Source: Candidatus Electrothrix yaqonensis | Lineage (GTDB): Bacteria; Desulfobacterota; Desulfobulbia; Desulfobulbales; Desulfobulbaceae | Reading direction: 5' to 3' | DNA length: 32,000 nt | Assembly (NCBI GenBank): GCA_047651235.1 | Contig: CP178758.1 | Location: 540,001-572,000 of the forward strand | Part shown: piece by piece, positions 23,561-31,900 of the stretch | Position numbering within the stretch: the first letter of the stretch is position 1 | How the letters are laid out: every line of letters begins with the position of its first letter | Translations under genes and position numbers: made by a program | The notes under the pieces: generated by a model | Database searches by the model: none | What the model was told of the DNA's origin: nothing | What the model saw: the letters and a program-made list of their open reading frames with translations, nothing else

Positions 23561-23878
23561 GTGGTCCTGGATGTGACCGCACGAAATCTGGAAGAAAAAG
23601 ACCCTGAAAAACAAATCCTCTACTCCGGCCAAAAAACTTGGTTTGAAATCGGTGTTGATATGGACCGGGATATGCGCTACGGTGCCTGGCAGATCAAGGA
23701 AATCATTGATCTGACCCTGCCGCCGCAGCAAACCCAGAAGGTGGAGCACCTTATGCACTTTGATACAGATACCGAAGAGGTTGAGATCGAAGTCAAGCTG
23801 TCCTATTTCATCAGCGGCGGAAAAGGTGATGTTCTCTTTACCGAGAAGAAACAGTTCAGTTATAACATTGACTGGTAG
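23561..23878 (+). CDS. Probable C-terminal continuation of the cytochrome (same frame, no own SD/ATG)
   Basis: It is in the same frame as 22556..23545, and only TGA plus five sense codons (LWSGK) separate them. The ORF-track start is a GTG without SD. The translation VVLDVTARNLEEKDPEKQILYSG...EVEIEVKLSYF looks like a beta-rich domain. Confidence 0.6.
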   Translation: MVLDVTARNLEEKDPEKQILYSGQKTWFEIGVDMDRDMRYGAWQIKEIIDLTLPPQQTQKVEHLMHFDTDTEEVEIEVKLSYFISGGKGDVLFTEKKQFSYNIDW

Positions 23879-23973
23879 CTGAGCTGCCGATCAGAATCAT
23901 CCCGGATGTCCGGTAAATACCACGGCATCCGGGATGCCGGTCTCGCTGAACAAAGAACTGAACACAAAAGCAC

Positions 23974-24001
23974 AAAAAAAAGCCGGGCTGTTGCAGCCCG
24001 G
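23974..24001 (-). terminator. Rho-independent terminator of the 24077..24346 gene
   Basis: On the minus strand, CCGGGCTG-caa-CAGCCCGG (24001-23983) is followed by eight T (A-run 23974-23981 on plus). Confidence 0.75.
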
Positions 24002-24076
24002 TCCTATCAGAAGGAGGAGTGAAAAAAATTCCCAACTGCCCGGCATCATCGCTCCATATGCCGGATTTTTATCTGC

Positions 24077-24346
24077 TCAACATGCTGTTCCAGCATCCTG
24101 GACTGAATGGCTTTCTGCATATAATTCCCTGAAACGTTCCGGTATCATCCTGCCGCGCATCGGGTCCAGCTTGGCTTTGTACAGCTCATTTATTGTTTCC
24201 TGCTCGTTTTTAGTAGCGATTTTATCAACGAGCCTGAAAATTTCCGGATTCACAGTGAGTGTACATGCCGATCCCAAGGTCATCAAAAAACTTGCAACAG
24301 CTGTCCCGACTATAATTTTGTATCTAATATCTTTAAAAAAGTTCAT
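24077..24346 (-). CDS. Small exported protein of unknown function
   Basis: 89-aa ORF with a strong SD GGAGGAGG 5 nt upstream. The N-terminal hydrophobic segment IIVGTAVASFLMTLGSAC is signal or lipobox-like. It has its own terminator. Confidence 0.65.
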   Translation of the reverse strand: MNFFKDIRYKIIVGTAVASFLMTLGSACTLTVNPEIFRLVDKIATKNEQETINELYKAKLDPMRGRMIPERFRELYAESHSVQDAGTAC

Positions 24347-24635
24347 TGTTCCTCCTCCGTGCTATATTTTATGAAATAGTGCAGCACTGCATATCCTTCA
24401 TACTGCCAGCAGTTTTTTAGTAAGAGTAATCATTATCTCTTTATTTTCAAGTTAGCACAAAAGAAAAGATGAGTCAAAGGATAAAACTGTTTTATATCAA
24501 TAATTTATTGTATAAATATTTTTATACAAGTACAAAAAACAATATTCTGAATGCTGAAAGCTGGGGAATAAAAATTGAGAAAGGGCAATATCGACTTATC
24601 GCGTCTTCGTTCCGGCAGCACCCGCAAGCATTTTC

Positions 24636-24664
24636 TTGACAGACTGTGGGGAGCCCAATATGCT
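24636..24664 (+). promoter_or_regulatory. Candidate sigma70-type promoter of pepN
   Basis: TTGACA (24636-24641), 17-nt spacer, TATGCT (24659-24664), about 52 nt upstream of the pepN ATG. Confidence 0.4.
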
Positions 24665-24716
24665 GACCTGAAGCCCGAACATTTCCTAATTTCCCCCTAC
24701 ATTCCCCACAGCCAAC

Positions 24717-27380
24717 ATGGTACATAATACTGCAACAAAATACCTGAAAGATTATAGCCCGTATCCCTTCACCATCTCCACTGTTCACCTGCGGGTGGAG
24801 CTGGATCCGGCACAGACCCGGGTCACCGCCCGCACTGCCATACAACGCAATCCGCAGGCCGAGGATATGCAGGCCCCATTGGAGCTGGACGGCGAGCATC
24901 TGGAGCTGGTTTCCGTTATCGTTGACGAACGGGAACTGCATCAGGACGAGTATATTTATGACGGCGCTGTATTGCGCATTACCGAAGTGCCGGATCAGTT
25001 TCACCTGGAGATCGAAACCCTGATCAATCCGGCAGCCAACACTGCCCTGGAAGGGCTGTACCTCTCCTCTGGCAACTACTGCACTCAATGCGAGGCCGAG
25101 GGCTTCCGCCGCATCACCTGCTGGCCGGACCGGCCTGATGTCCTGGCCGTGTTCACCACCACCATCATCGGCCCGCAGGAGAGCTGCCCGGTCATGCTCT
25201 CCAACGGCAACCTGATCGAACAGGGTACATTGGATGAAGGCCGTCATTTCGCCATCTGGCATGATCCTTTCCCGAAGCCGAGTTATCTCTTTGCCCTGGT
25301 GGCCGGGAAACTGGTCCGCATTGAAGATGCCTTTACCACCATGTCCGGTCGCGAGGTTGCCTTGCATATTTACGTGGAGGAACGGAACCGGGAAAAATGC
25401 GACCATGCCATGCAGTCGGTGAAAAAAGCCATGCGCTGGGATGAAGAGGTCTTCGGCCTGGAGTACGATCTGGATACTTACATGATCGTGGCTGTGGATG
25501 ATTTTAATATGGGCGCAATGGAGAACAAAGGGCTGAATATTTTTAACTCAAAATACGTGCTGGCCCGGCCGGAGACCGCAACCGACCAGGATTACGAGGG
25601 CATTGAAGGGGTCATCGGACACGAGTATTTTCATAACTGGACCGGCAACCGGGTGACCTGCCGGGACTGGTTTCAGCTCAGCCTCAAGGAGGGCCTGACC
25701 GTGTTCCGTGATCAGGAGTTTTCTGCGGATATGGGGTCCAGGGCCAAGCAGCGCATTGAGGACGCCAATATCATACGCAGCTTCCAGTTCCGGGAAGACA
25801 GCGGCCCGATGGCCCATCCGATCCGGCCTGCCTCCTATGTGGAGATCAATAATTTCTACACCCTTACAATCTATAATAAAGGGGCGGAAGTAATCCGGAT
25901 GCTCCACACCCTGCTGGGCGCAGACGGTTTCCGCAAGGGCATGGACCTTTATTTTGAACGCCATGACGGCCAAGCCGTGACCTGCGATGATTTTGTCCAG
26001 GCCATGCAGGATGCAAATCAGGATGCTAATGGCTTTGATCTGGGCCGATTCAGGCACTGGTACAGTCAGGCCGGAACGCCGGAGCTGACCGTTGCGCAGA
26101 AGTATAATGCAGAGAAACAGGAATATACTTTGACCATCAGCCAGTCCTGTCCGTCCACGCCGGAACAGGAGAGCGCGGACAAACAGCTCTTTTTCATGCC
26201 CGTCAAAATCGGCCTGCTGGACAGGCATGGCCAGGATATGCCGTTACAGCTCCAGCATGGAGAGCAGCCGGAGAACGGGGTGTTCATTCTGCATCAGGCA
26301 GAGCAGCAGTTCCGTTTCAGAGGGATCATGGAGAAGCCGGTCTTGTCCTTTAACCGGAATTTTTCTGCTCCGGTCAAGGTGCAATCGGATCTGGATGAGG
26401 AGGCCCTGGCCTTTCTCATGGCCCATGATACCGATTCCTTCAACCGCTGGGATGCAGGCCAGCAGCTCGGTCTGCAATATATGCTGGCCGGAATTACTGC
26501 CCGGCAGGAGGAGCAACAGGTCGTTGTGCCGAAATTATTCCATCAGGCATTTGACCGACTGCTCTGCGATGAGCAAAGTGACCCGGCCTTGCTTGCTGCT
26601 GCTTTGATCCTGCCTTCTGAAAACTGGATCAGTCAGCAGCTGGCGGTCATTGACCCGGAGGCGGTCTTCGGGGTGCGTCAGGCATTCCGTTGGCAACTGA
26701 GCATCACGCACCGGGATACCCTGTATGAAAACTATTCCGCCTTGGGCAGCGAAGACCCGTATCAGTATTCTGCAAAAGAGGCCGGACGACGGGCTTTCCG
26801 CAACTGCTGCCTTGCCTATCTGCTGGTCCCGGAACCGGGAGAGGGGGCTTCGAAAGACGTACTTGAAACCGGTATGGAGCAGTACCGGCAGGCCGATAAC
26901 ATGACCGATATGGCAGCGGCTCTGACAGCGGTGGTCAATGCGGACCGGCAGGCCGGAGATGAGCTGCTGGCGGATTTTTATACCAGATGGCAGAATGATC
27001 CCCTGGTGGTGGATAAATGGCTCGTCCTCCAGGCCACCTGCACTCTGCCCGGAACCTTGGGGCGGGTAAAAGAATTGCTTCGGCACCCGGCCTTCAGCAT
27101 GAAAAACCCCAACAAGGTGCGCTCTCTGGTCGGGGCCTTCGGCAGCAATCTGCAGCAGTTCCACGCCCCGGACGGCAGCGGCTACAGCTTTCTGGCCGAC
27201 TGCATTATGGAGCTGGACCCTGTCAACCCGCAGACAGCAGCCCGGCTGGTCACTCCACTCACCCTGTGGAAACGGTATGATGCTGACCGGCAGGAGCTGA
27301 TAAAAAGGCAGCTTGAGCGGATTGCTGCGTTGCCTGGTCTGTCCCGTGATGTAGGGGAGGTAGTGAAGAAGAGTTTATAG
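24717..27380 (+). CDS. pepN: Aminopeptidase N (M1 family)
   Basis: GAMENKGLNIFN exopeptidase motif and zinc motif HEYFHNWTGNRVT ...x18... LKEG. It is 887 aa. Confidence 0.95.
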   Translation: MVHNTATKYLKDYSPYPFTISTVHLRVELDPAQTRVTARTAIQRNPQAEDMQAPLELDGEHLELVSVIVDERELHQDEYIYDGAVLRITEVPDQFHLEIETLINPAANTALEGLYLSSGNYCTQCEAEGFRRITCWPDRPDVLAVFTTTIIGPQESCPVMLSNGNLIEQGTLDEGRHFAIWHDPFPKPSYLFALVAGKLVRIEDAFTTMSGREVALHIYVEERNREKCDHAMQSVKKAMRWDEEVFGLEYDLDTYMIVAVDDFNMGAMENKGLNIFNSKYVLARPETATDQDYEGIEGVIGHEYFHNWTGNRVTCRDWFQLSLKEGLTVFRDQEFSADMGSRAKQRIEDANIIRSFQFREDSGPMAHPIRPASYVEINNFYTLTIYNKGAEVIRMLHTLLGADGFRKGMDLYFERHDGQAVTCDDFVQAMQDANQDANGFDLGRFRHWYSQAGTPELTVAQKYNAEKQEYTLTISQSCPSTPEQESADKQLFFMPVKIGLLDRHGQDMPLQLQHGEQPENGVFILHQAEQQFRFRGIMEKPVLSFNRNFSAPVKVQSDLDEEALAFLMAHDTDSFNRWDAGQQLGLQYMLAGITARQEEQQVVVPKLFHQAFDRLLCDEQSDPALLAAALILPSENWISQQLAVIDPEAVFGVRQAFRWQLSITHRDTLYENYSALGSEDPYQYSAKEAGRRAFRNCCLAYLLVPEPGEGASKDVLETGMEQYRQADNMTDMAAALTAVVNADRQAGDELLADFYTRWQNDPLVVDKWLVLQATCTLPGTLGRVKELLRHPAFSMKNPNKVRSLVGAFGSNLQQFHAPDGSGYSFLADCIMELDPVNPQTAARLVTPLTLWKRYDADRQELIKRQLERIAALPGLSRDVGEVVKKSL

Positions 27381-27436
27381 GTCAATAATCTGCAGGCCAT
27401 GCAGGCTATTGTTATTTTGTACAAAAAGGTAATCTT

Positions 27437-30388
27437 GTGAACATCCAGGAACACGACCCGCATTTCAAGATCTTCCACGAGCTGATGGCTTTCAGGGTGC
27501 AGGAGATTCTGCTGGTCTCCAGCCCCTACGACGCCTATATCCTGGAAGAAGACGGGTCCATGACCGCCCGGATCATCAACGAGTACCACGGTCTGAACCT
27601 TTCCCGGCCGCCCCGCATCACCCGTGCTGCTGATGCCGGGCAGGCAATGGCGCTGCTGGCGGAGCGGCATTTTGATCTGGTGGTGACTATGGCCCATCTC
27701 GGAGGTATGGCCGGGTGTGAATTCGGCCGGCAGGTCCGCAGGCAGTACCCGGATATCCCGGTCATTCTGCTCACCCATTCTGTGCGGGACGCAGTGAGTC
27801 AGGCCGGTTTTTTCAGTGAACCCTGTTTTTACAACAGCTACACCTGGTCCTGCGATTCCTCCATCATGCTGGCCATTGTCAAAAATGCCGAGGATCAACG
27901 CAACGTTGATGCGGACACGGAAAAGGCGATGGTCCGGGTGGTCCTGCTGGTGGAGGACTCCCCTCTGCACCGCTCCGTTCTCCTGCCCATGCTTTACGAA
28001 GAGCTCGTCCAGCAGACCCTGGCCGTGCTGGATGAGGGACTCAATGAGCACCACCGGCTGCTCAAGATGCGGGCGCGGCCCAAGATCCTCACGGCAGCCA
28101 ACTATGAAGAAGCCCTGTACCTTTTTCAGCGCTACCGGCCGTATATCTTTTCCGTGATGTCTGACGTCCGTTTTCCGAAAAACGGGCAGGAATGCGCTAC
28201 TGCCGGGGTTGAACTGCTGGCGGAAATCCGCTCCCGAATCCCTGATCTGCCCCTGCTCATGCTGAGTGCGGAAAGGGAAAACAGAGACCTGGCCCTGCAG
28301 ATTCCGGCGGTGTTTGTTGAAAAAAATCCACGGACCATGCACCGGGAACTGCATGATTTCTTTATCCAGTATTTAGGGTTCGGCGATTTTGTCTTCCGTC
28401 TGCCTGATGAAAGAGAGGTTGGCCGGGCCTCCACCCTGTACGAATTTGAACAGCGGCTCGCAACCGTGCCGGAGGACTCCCTGTTTTATCATGCCCGGTG
28501 CAATCATTTTTCCAACTGGGTCATGGCCAGAACTGAGGTCGGGCTGGCAGCCCGGCTGCATAAAGAACAGGTACAGGACATCACGGACTGTAACGCTCTG
28601 CGCAGAGATCTGATCACCAAGGTGCATGAGCTGCGCCGTACCCGGCAGCAGGGCGTGATGACCCGTTTTTTTGCCAGAGAATACGACCCGGACCTGACCG
28701 AGTTTACCCGCATGGGTCGGGGTTCGGTGGGCGGCAAGGCCAGAGGAATCGCCTTTATGGCTTCGGAGCTGCATCGGGCGCAATATCTGCAGTCGATCCT
28801 GATGGAGAGCGAGGTCAGAATTCCGCGCACCTGCGCGATCGCTGCTTCCGGATTCCGTGATTTCATCCGCCTCAACAACCTGCAGCCGGATGACAACGCC
28901 TCTGACGCGGAGATCGAACAACGCTTTCTTGCCGGAAACATGCCGGACTGGCTGCTGGCTGACCTGCAGGGGTATCTGGAAAAAACGCAGTATCCCCTGT
29001 CCGTGCGTTCCTCCAGCCTGCTGGAGGATGCCCGCTACCGGCCTTATGCCGGGCTGTACCGTACCTGTATGCTGGAAAATGCCACGCCGGACTGCACTGT
29101 CCGGCTGAACCTGCTTGTCCGGGCCGTCAAGCAGGTCTACGCCTCAACCTGGTTTGAAGGGCCGAGATCATACTCCCGCTCCATCGGCCAGACCAGAGAA
29201 GATGCCATGGCGGTGATTATCCAGCAGAGCGTGGGCAGACAGTACGGCGAGTTTTTCTTTCCGGCAGTTTCCGGCGTGGCCCAGTCGTATAATTATTATC
29301 CGATTGATCCGATGCAGGCTGAGGACGGCATTGTCCATCTGGCAGCAGGATTCGGCCAGACCGTGGTGGAGGGCGAACAGAGCCTGCGTTTCTGCCCGGC
29401 ATATCCGCAGCATATGCCGCAGTTTTCCACAGTGGACGACATTCTGAACAATGCTCAGCGGTATCTGTACTGCCTGCAGTACAGCAGCGGAAAGCACACT
29501 GACCATACTAATAATTCTGACGATACCGGCAGCAGGGTTGTTCGGCGTGCACTTGATGCAGCCGGGGCAGCAGAGCCTTTGCGCCGACTCTGTTCAACCT
29601 ATATCCCGGAAGAACACCGGATTCGTGATGCAGACCTGCGCGGCCCCAAGATCCTGACCTTTGCCCCGATCCTGAAATATGAGGTCTATCCGCTGGCGAC
29701 CTTGCTCAGGGAGCTCTTGGCCCTGGGCAAAGAAGGGCTGGGCTGCGAAGTGGAAATTGAGTTTGCCGTTGATCTGGCAGAAAACCCGGCAGACTCGGTC
29801 TTTTATTTCCTCCAGATTCGTCCTATTGTAGTCAGCGGTGCAACCGGACGCCTGCAGATAACCGGACAGGAGAAAGAAGCGGCCTTTCTGTATTCCAAGC
29901 AGGCACTGGGGTTCGGCCTGCACGAACAGATGCGGGATATCCTTTTTATCCGACCGGATGCCTTTGACCGGGCCGTCACCCGTGAGATTGCTGCGGAAAT
30001 CGGGAAAATAAACCGCACCCTGCATCAGGAGGAACGGCCGTACCTGCTCATCGGCCCGGGCCGATGGGGAACCGCTGACCCCTGGTTAGGTATTCCGGTG
30101 CAGTGGCGGGATATCTCCGGGGTCGGTGCCATTGTTGAGTTGCAGAATGATGGGGCTGTCCGGGCCGAAGCCTCCCAGGGATCGCATTTTTTTCAGAACA
30201 TCACCTCCCTCGGCATCCCCTACCTCATGGCGGAAAATACTGCTGTGGACTGGGATTGGCTGCTGGAGCAGGAGGCGCAGACCGGCCGCTATATCAGCCA
30301 TGTCCAGCTGGACAGTCCCTTCACCCTGAGGGTGGACGGAGAGCGGAATGAGGCGGTTGCTTTTGTCCGGAGGAATGGCAGTGCCTGA
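27437..30388 (+). CDS. Receiver-like + receiver + PEP/pyruvate-binding (PPDK_N ATP-grasp) domain protein
   Basis: First domain: ILLVSSPYDAYILEEDG ... DLVVTMAHLGGMAG, with Thr at the phospho-acceptor position. Second domain: LLVEDSP ... FSVMSDVRFP ... LLMLSAE ... FVEKNP, with a canonical Asp/Ser/Lys set. PPDK_N-like motifs follow: GGKARGIAFM, SVRSSSLLEDA, AGLYRT, YASTWF, MAVIIQQSVG. I saw no phosphohistidine swivel motif. The start is GTG. Confidence 0.8.
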   Translation: MNIQEHDPHFKIFHELMAFRVQEILLVSSPYDAYILEEDGSMTARIINEYHGLNLSRPPRITRAADAGQAMALLAERHFDLVVTMAHLGGMAGCEFGRQVRRQYPDIPVILLTHSVRDAVSQAGFFSEPCFYNSYTWSCDSSIMLAIVKNAEDQRNVDADTEKAMVRVVLLVEDSPLHRSVLLPMLYEELVQQTLAVLDEGLNEHHRLLKMRARPKILTAANYEEALYLFQRYRPYIFSVMSDVRFPKNGQECATAGVELLAEIRSRIPDLPLLMLSAERENRDLALQIPAVFVEKNPRTMHRELHDFFIQYLGFGDFVFRLPDEREVGRASTLYEFEQRLATVPEDSLFYHARCNHFSNWVMARTEVGLAARLHKEQVQDITDCNALRRDLITKVHELRRTRQQGVMTRFFAREYDPDLTEFTRMGRGSVGGKARGIAFMASELHRAQYLQSILMESEVRIPRTCAIAASGFRDFIRLNNLQPDDNASDAEIEQRFLAGNMPDWLLADLQGYLEKTQYPLSVRSSSLLEDARYRPYAGLYRTCMLENATPDCTVRLNLLVRAVKQVYASTWFEGPRSYSRSIGQTREDAMAVIIQQSVGRQYGEFFFPAVSGVAQSYNYYPIDPMQAEDGIVHLAAGFGQTVVEGEQSLRFCPAYPQHMPQFSTVDDILNNAQRYLYCLQYSSGKHTDHTNNSDDTGSRVVRRALDAAGAAEPLRRLCSTYIPEEHRIRDADLRGPKILTFAPILKYEVYPLATLLRELLALGKEGLGCEVEIEFAVDLAENPADSVFYFLQIRPIVVSGATGRLQITGQEKEAAFLYSKQALGFGLHEQMRDILFIRPDAFDRAVTREIAAEIGKINRTLHQEERPYLLIGPGRWGTADPWLGIPVQWRDISGVGAIVELQNDGAVRAEASQGSHFFQNITSLGIPYLMAENTAVDWDWLLEQEAQTGRYISHVQLDSPFTLRVDGERNEAVAFVRRNGSA

Positions 30389-30642
30389 TGCACGGATTTA
30401 TACTGTCAAGATTTTTTTTCTTGACCTTCTGTTTAAGATTTTATACCCTATTTGATAATAGGTGATCAGATTTTGAACTCTGTAAGAGTATTCGGTGTCT
30501 GATACAGATAATGTTGCATTGATCAGCGTTCCCTGATTTTTGGACAGAGAAAATGAAATGCAGCATCTTTTTGAAAAATTTACTGATAGAATAAAAATAC
30601 CCATCCTATCTTAACTCATAACTATGGCAACGCTTATTCAGT

Positions 30643-30762
30643 AAGCAGGTGCTGTGCTTTCCGGTTGATGACGGAAAGCTGAAAAAGCCACAACCGCCGT
30701 GAGGCGGTGTCGGAAAGTCACGGGTCTCCGCAGGGGAGACGGCCGGGCTGCCTGCTTTTTAT
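30643..30762 (+). promoter_or_regulatory. Structured 5' leader (unclassified; riboswitch-like or attenuator)
   Basis: Outer pairing AAGCAGG (30643-30649) / CCTGCTT (30751-30757) encloses three hairpins: CTTTCCG(30657-30663)/CGGAAAG(30672-30678), ACCGCC(30693-30698)-gtga-GGCGGT(30703-30708), and GTCTCC(30724-30729)-gcag-g-GGAGAC(30735-30740). It ends in a T-run at 30756-30760, 28 nt before the ATG at 30788. Confidence 0.45.
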
Positions 30763-30787
30763 TCAATCATATACCGGGAGGTATGTT

Positions 30788-31837
30788 ATGAAATCTATTT
30801 TAGCTCCAAAAATTATTTCAACACTCTTTATGATGAGTGTTGCAACCAGTGTTACGGCAGGCCCCGTTGAATATATAACAAATGGGGGTTTTGAAAGCGG
30901 CGATTTTACCGGTTGGGACGTCATGCGATCTGATGGTTGTGACTTCGCTTGTGAGGGTGGTTGGACAATTAATGACGGCACCTTTGACCCTCCGGGGCCT
31001 GGAGATCCGTTGCCTCCCATATCGGGAAGCTATGATGCTGTATCTTGGCAGCAGGGCCCAGGTCTTAGTGTAATGACAAAACCGATTACTCTTCCATATG
31101 GAATCACCTCAGCTGTTTTGCGTTGGTCTGACCGTATACGGAACCATGCTTCAGTCTTTAGTGACCCTAATCAGGAATGGCGGGTTCTGATAAAAGATAC
31201 GGGCGGGACTGTGCTTGAGGAAGTGTTTTCGACGAACCCCGGTGATCCGCTGGAGCAACTTGGGCCTAATGTTGGGGTATACGATTTGACATCGTTGGCG
31301 CAGACCTATGAGGGTGAAGAAATCGTACTCAGTTTTGAGCAGCAGGATGATCTTTTGTTTTTTAATGCGACTCTTGATGATGTCAGCTTGGAAATTGATA
31401 CCTGTGACGTTGATGCATCCCTTCAATACGGTCAGATGACCATTGATACAACTCCGGGACATGGGGACCAAGATCATGCCAGGTTCAAAATGACCGGTCT
31501 GACCGACCTCGGCGATATTGCACTGCCGGGCGATGTTGACCTGACATTTACCGCCGAGACTCCTGACGGTATCGCCTACACCTTCAGCGGCACAGGCACT
31601 GTCGAGGGCAACAAGTTGAGCCTGCACCAGGAGGCCGGAGACGGAGAGGAAAAAATAACATGCCGGCTTTCAACGGAACTGTGCGTCATATTCATAGAGC
31701 GTGATGTCGATATTGACGAGACCGTGCTTGATGCTAATCCTGTGACTCTCAGTCTTGAGGTCAACGGAACCAAGTACTGTCACAGCGGTGACTGGACTGA
31801 AGAAGTCTTTCCGGAAAGGACTGTATACACCTACTGA
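30788..31837 (+). CDS. Secreted protein of unknown function
   Basis: ATG 30788 is preceded by GGGAGG. Signal peptide MKSILAPKIISTLFMMSVATSVTA. The mature N-terminus is GPVEYITNGGFESGDFTGWDV. The ORF-track start 30707 (GTG) runs through the structured leader. Confidence 0.8.
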   Translation: MKSILAPKIISTLFMMSVATSVTAGPVEYITNGGFESGDFTGWDVMRSDGCDFACEGGWTINDGTFDPPGPGDPLPPISGSYDAVSWQQGPGLSVMTKPITLPYGITSAVLRWSDRIRNHASVFSDPNQEWRVLIKDTGGTVLEEVFSTNPGDPLEQLGPNVGVYDLTSLAQTYEGEEIVLSFEQQDDLLFFNATLDDVSLEIDTCDVDASLQYGQMTIDTTPGHGDQDHARFKMTGLTDLGDIALPGDVDLTFTAETPDGIAYTFSGTGTVEGNKLSLHQEAGDGEEKITCRLSTELCVIFIERDVDIDETVLDANPVTLSLEVNGTKYCHSGDWTEEVFPERTVYTY

Positions 31838-31857
31838 TATCACAGGTATATCGTGAA

Positions 31858-31887
31858 AGAAAACGGGAGCTGCGGCTCCCGTTTTTC
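31858..31887. terminator. Bidirectional intrinsic terminator between convergent genes
   Basis: aaaCGGGAGC-tgcg-GCTCCCGttttt (stem 31864-31870 / 31875-31881), with an A-run on the left and a T-run on the right. Confidence 0.8.
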
Positions 31888-31900
31888 AGTTCGAAGCAAC

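Noticed and set aside
23934-24374. 146-aa plus-strand ORF downstream of the cytochrome gene.
   Set aside because: It is antisense to the 24077..24346 gene, which has a strong SD and its own terminator. The ORF also spans that terminator and has no SD.
30405-30425. Hairpin GTCAAGA-ttttttt-TCTTGAC after the PPDK_N gene as a possible terminator.
   Set aside because: The A/T-rich 7-bp stem has its T-run inside the loop rather than after the stem. It is too weak to call.
30643-30762. Tried to assign the structured leader to c-di-GMP-I/II, guanidine-I/II/III, ZTP or fluoride riboswitch classes.
   Set aside because: From memory of those consensus sequences, none of the hallmark strings (e.g. ACGCAAAGC, ACGR loops, CCGCCUGGGC) is present. 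It is left unclassified rather than named.
30707-30787. N-terminal 27-codon extension (GTG start) of the secreted-protein ORF given in the ORF track.
   Set aside because: It runs through the GC-rich hairpins and T-run of the leader and has no SD. The signal peptide starts at the ATG 30788, which has a GGGAGG SD.
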